Of a stretch of DNA of 64,000 bases, positions 60,857 to 64,000 are shown piece after piece. How positions within the stretch are numbered: position 1 is the stretch's first letter; each line of letters opens with the position of its first letter. The stretch is taken from NCBI RefSeq assembly GCF_025526975.1, contig NW_026515704.1, positions 124,001-188,000 on the forward strand, read 5' to 3'. This stretch comes from Fimicolochytrium jonesii. Lineage: Eukaryota. The notes beneath the pieces were generated by a model. That model searched no databases. It was not told the origin of the DNA and saw nothing but the letters and a program-made list of their open reading frames with translations. The position numbers were made by a program, and so were the translations under genes.

Positions 60857-61482
60857 AGCCGCTTCTGACTTGGCAAACCCTTGGGAGACCGAGGGCACAC
60901 TTCACAGAATGTACAGTTCAAGCGCCAGGAGCTTTCCACCGCCGACGTCCTGACCAAGTTTTCTCGATGTCGAACGTTTGTGCCGTTGCGCAAGCTTTGC
61001 GGGTCAATTCAAAGGACTGGGTTATCAGCTCCCGGAGTGGAGAAAGTGCAAACAAGGGGTGGCACGTCATATACCTGATGCGTGACGGGCTTCTGAGCTC
61101 AATCCTCGCGCACTCCGTCGTAGTCTAAAACCGGAAGATTTGGCAGTGTCTAGCGCGAAGAGCAGCTATCTTCAAGTTGGGACAAGCGAGTCGCCCGATA
61201 CGAAGCCGCGCAAACTTCGCGCTGAGTTCCGCCCTCGTGGATTCTTTAGGATGCGATTCTCACCGGGTAACTTGTGCATGTGATTGTGGCCGAAGTGGAA
61301 GGTTGTGGGTCGTGTACCCCCGCTACTGTTGGAGGCAGTGAAGGCGTAGCGTCGGAGAAAGCGCCTGTCAGTCTATCTGACGTTCAGGATGATAGTTCTG
61401 GGCTTCTTGACGTACTTTCCGGTCGACATGTCGGTCTCAAGTGACGGGAGGTCTCGTTCCTCGTCAATCATTCTTTGAATAG

Positions 61483-62106
61483 GATTCTCACTGTATACTT
61501 TGGTGCAGGTCACTATCGCGGGGGTATATGGTGATGAACACGCGGAGATCCGGAATATCGAGGATGAGGGGCGGAAGCTCGTGTGCCGTGATGGAAACGG
61601 TAAGAGATTTATGGTTCATTGCTTGGATATCCGGTTGGCGTTTCTGATTGCCTCTCCGTCGTAAGATGGTGAAAACGAACGAGTGACGCGGATGGAAACC
61701 GAGGCCAAGGAGCTGCGTGCAACTGGCTTTAGAGGAGATCAAGCAGCAACTAGCGGTGGCTCGCCAGAAAACTGCCGAGGCGGAGAAGAAGGAGGCGGAG
61801 ATATTGAAAGAGAGAGCTGTAGCGTTGAAGGCGCATGCAGAAGCGGAAGATAGTGTGCGGGAACGAGAAGGACGAAAGAAGGAGAAAGTTAAGCGCGAGA
61901 ACGATTCGCAAATGCGCAACCGAGACGAAGAATGTGGGGCTGCACGACGGCCGCCACAACAGACACCATCGGAAACGGCGGCCAGTGGCTCGATTAAGAA
62001 CACCATCAATGTCATCGCCCTACCGACAATGTCAGCCGCTACCACGTTCCCCAAGTCGGCATGTCCCGAAACGTGTGGGAGGACACGTGGGCATTACAAC
62101 GTCTAG
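61483..62106 (+). pseudogene. Coiled-coil coding remnant with an apparent frameshift
   Basis: Exon-like 61483-61599 (GTAAGA donor) splices to RMETEAKELR, then shifts frame into QLALEEIKQQLAVARQKTAEAEKKEAE. Confidence 0.3.
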
Positions 62107-62378
62107 GTCGATGATGGCCGTGCGCTATTGGCAGCTATTTCCTTGTCGGCGAGTTGAAATCCCCCTATTTCTTCCAGTCGGCAACGAAAAAGGCACTGGG
62201 GAGAAGGTCTCATGGGTGCGCTCACGTATCAAGGCAAGCGTTTCCGATGCCGGCCGTGTGGCATTCCACCCTGAGCCCGTAGATGGTCGACCGGAGTGGA
62301 TGAGAAGGATGGCAATTCTTCACCGTTGTTCGTGGCGCCGACGGTACCACAGCCACCCGCCCTTTTAGATGGTCTCCC

Positions 62379-62787
62379 ACCGGCCTAAAGCCCTTTAAAT
62401 GCAGCTAGGAGGGATGTTCCTGCGAGTATCTCTACGAAAGCAGTCTTCGTCATCACCTCAGAAACCACACGGGTGAGCGGCCCTACATTTGCGATATCGA
62501 CGACTGCGGCGAAGGCTTCGTAGAGACACCAACAGTCGGTGCATCTTTACCCGGAGGGATCTCCTCGCGGTGGGACCCACGAGTCGCGTATACGTGATTT
62601 TCTAGAAGAAAAACGTCGCGATTATAAGTCACAGCATCGAATCGATTTTCGGTGTCCCATGATCAATGACGACAGGGACGGTTATGACTGTGTAATCGAT
62701 TTCGTTGTGCAACATACCGATCGTCATGGGAAGACGGTTGCTGAGGTGTTACACGAACGGGGGTCTTCCTTCGGCAAACCGATTTGA
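62379..62787 (+). pseudogene. C2H2 zinc-finger plus putative PD-(D/E)xK-like endonuclease remnant
   Basis: TGLKPFKCS*EGCSCEYLYESSLRHHLRNHTGERPYICDIDDCGEGF with in-frame TAG at 62406-62408, then a frameshift to ESRIRDFLEEKRRDYKSQHRIDFRC...CVIDFVVQ. Confidence 0.65.
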
Positions 62788-64000
62788 TTGCGACCAGTCA
62801 CGACAGAGGGTACGCTCCCTCACAGCGGGAGTGCACCGATGTCTGCCGCTGAGCCAGGCACCAGCAAGCCAAACTTGGCCGGCGCAAGGGTCTTTCACAA
62901 ACGGCCATTGGAAGGGCTCGCATTCACCCTCGAGGGGAAGATAAGATCTGGCCACAGATTTAGACTGCAAAAAATGGCTCACAGATGATCTCAAGGCAGA
63001 GGATCCATGTGGTGGCGCTCCGCTGAATATGGTTCGACCATTCAAGGAACCGATTGTGTGGCCTACGAATGTTTACGCCTTCGGACGTTTCCGTCGTGGA
63101 TAAAGTCATTGTTGAACTCGTTCCGCTGGCCCCTATCCGACAAGGTACACATTCTCGATCCGGTAGCATCGGAATCAAAAGGTTTACGAACGCTTTAGCC
63201 AGAGGCCGGTAACAAACTTCCGTCTTTACCTTCGTCCTCACCAAACCCAATCAACAAGCCCATGCACCGAAAGCATCCTATCAGTGGTGGCGGCACGCCC
63301 GCGATACTGCCCCACCAACGTCAAGCACATGCTGGAAGGCACTTGCGGCCCCGGCACCATTGTTATGCATCCCATCGCCCGCCGCTCTTTGCATTGGATA
63401 CGAAGGCTGGCCCCTGTTATCGTTAGCGGTCAAAAGACACCATTCCCAAAGCGAAGAACGCTTGTATAGAACGAGAAGCATCTTGGGGTCATCGGATGGG
63501 GAACGAAAGACAGGCAGATGGAGAGTTACCGCAAAGTGAATTGGAAGATCGTATCCGTTTCGTTGTGGGCATGTCTATCACAACGCACCGCTTCGCGGAA
63601 GACTACATTTGGTCCCCTCCCAGGGAGGTCCATTCTAGGGATCGTTGCGCGCATTTGCACTCTGAAACCAGAAATGCGGGCATGGGCGTTGGTATCCGCT
63701 CGACCGCGGTGTCATGACTACCACCCGGACTGTGGGCGGAACAAAATCGACAATGTGGCAAACTCACAGGGAACCCCTTTCGTCCAGACGGTGTGCTTTC
63801 CGGCACTGTCTTGACGAAAGGGGGTTCTCTCGTGGGGGGTCCGGCGCGGATTTGGATGAAGGCATGATGAGTATGACGACGGGTTGAGGGGGTTCAGCAA
63901 GGCGAGCGGGAGTCGAGATGGGGGATTGGACGAGCTTGCGGACGGTGAGTCGGAGGTGGTTCGAGACATCAGCGCTCGGGCGAAACTGTATCACCGCGAT

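Noticed and set aside
63905..64000. F-box-like WTSLRTVSRRWFE fragment
   Set aside because: Short, preceded by a stop and truncated by the window end

Overview
This is an intron-rich eukaryotic region (GT-AG introns, mostly 60-120 nt), so the bacterial-style ORF track is largely spurious and I reassembled genes by hand across splice sites. Fungal-looking housekeeping genes together with cilium-associated CC2D2A, an EML/HELP-WD40 gene, TBC1D19 and NAMPT point to a zoosporic (chytrid-like) fungus. Recognisable genes: EML-like (partial), PEX3, Tim17-family protein, NAMPT, F-box protein, a large low-complexity nuclear protein, a membrane protein, ELP5, HIU hydrolase, TBC1D19, CC2D2A, a S/T-P-rich protein, BET/BDF1, DYNLT1, a DnaJ protein, MOB4, MPC2, a secreted EEP nuclease, VPS28 and TRAPPC4. 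Most notable: (1) an orphan coiled-coil gene built from tandemly amplified exon+intron cassettes whose phase-0 exons encode exactly 4 or 5 heptads, followed by a second cassette array; (2) a GCGAGCG(N1-2)AGCGAG-like motif clustered, in sense orientation, in three unusually long introns of unrelated genes; (3) a C-rich to G-rich switch along exons; (4) an MPC2 gene whose three introns are all in-frame and stop-free; (5) decayed genes, including a C2H2 zinc-finger/nuclease relic resembling giant-virus genes. All family assignments are from motif recognition; no database search was run.
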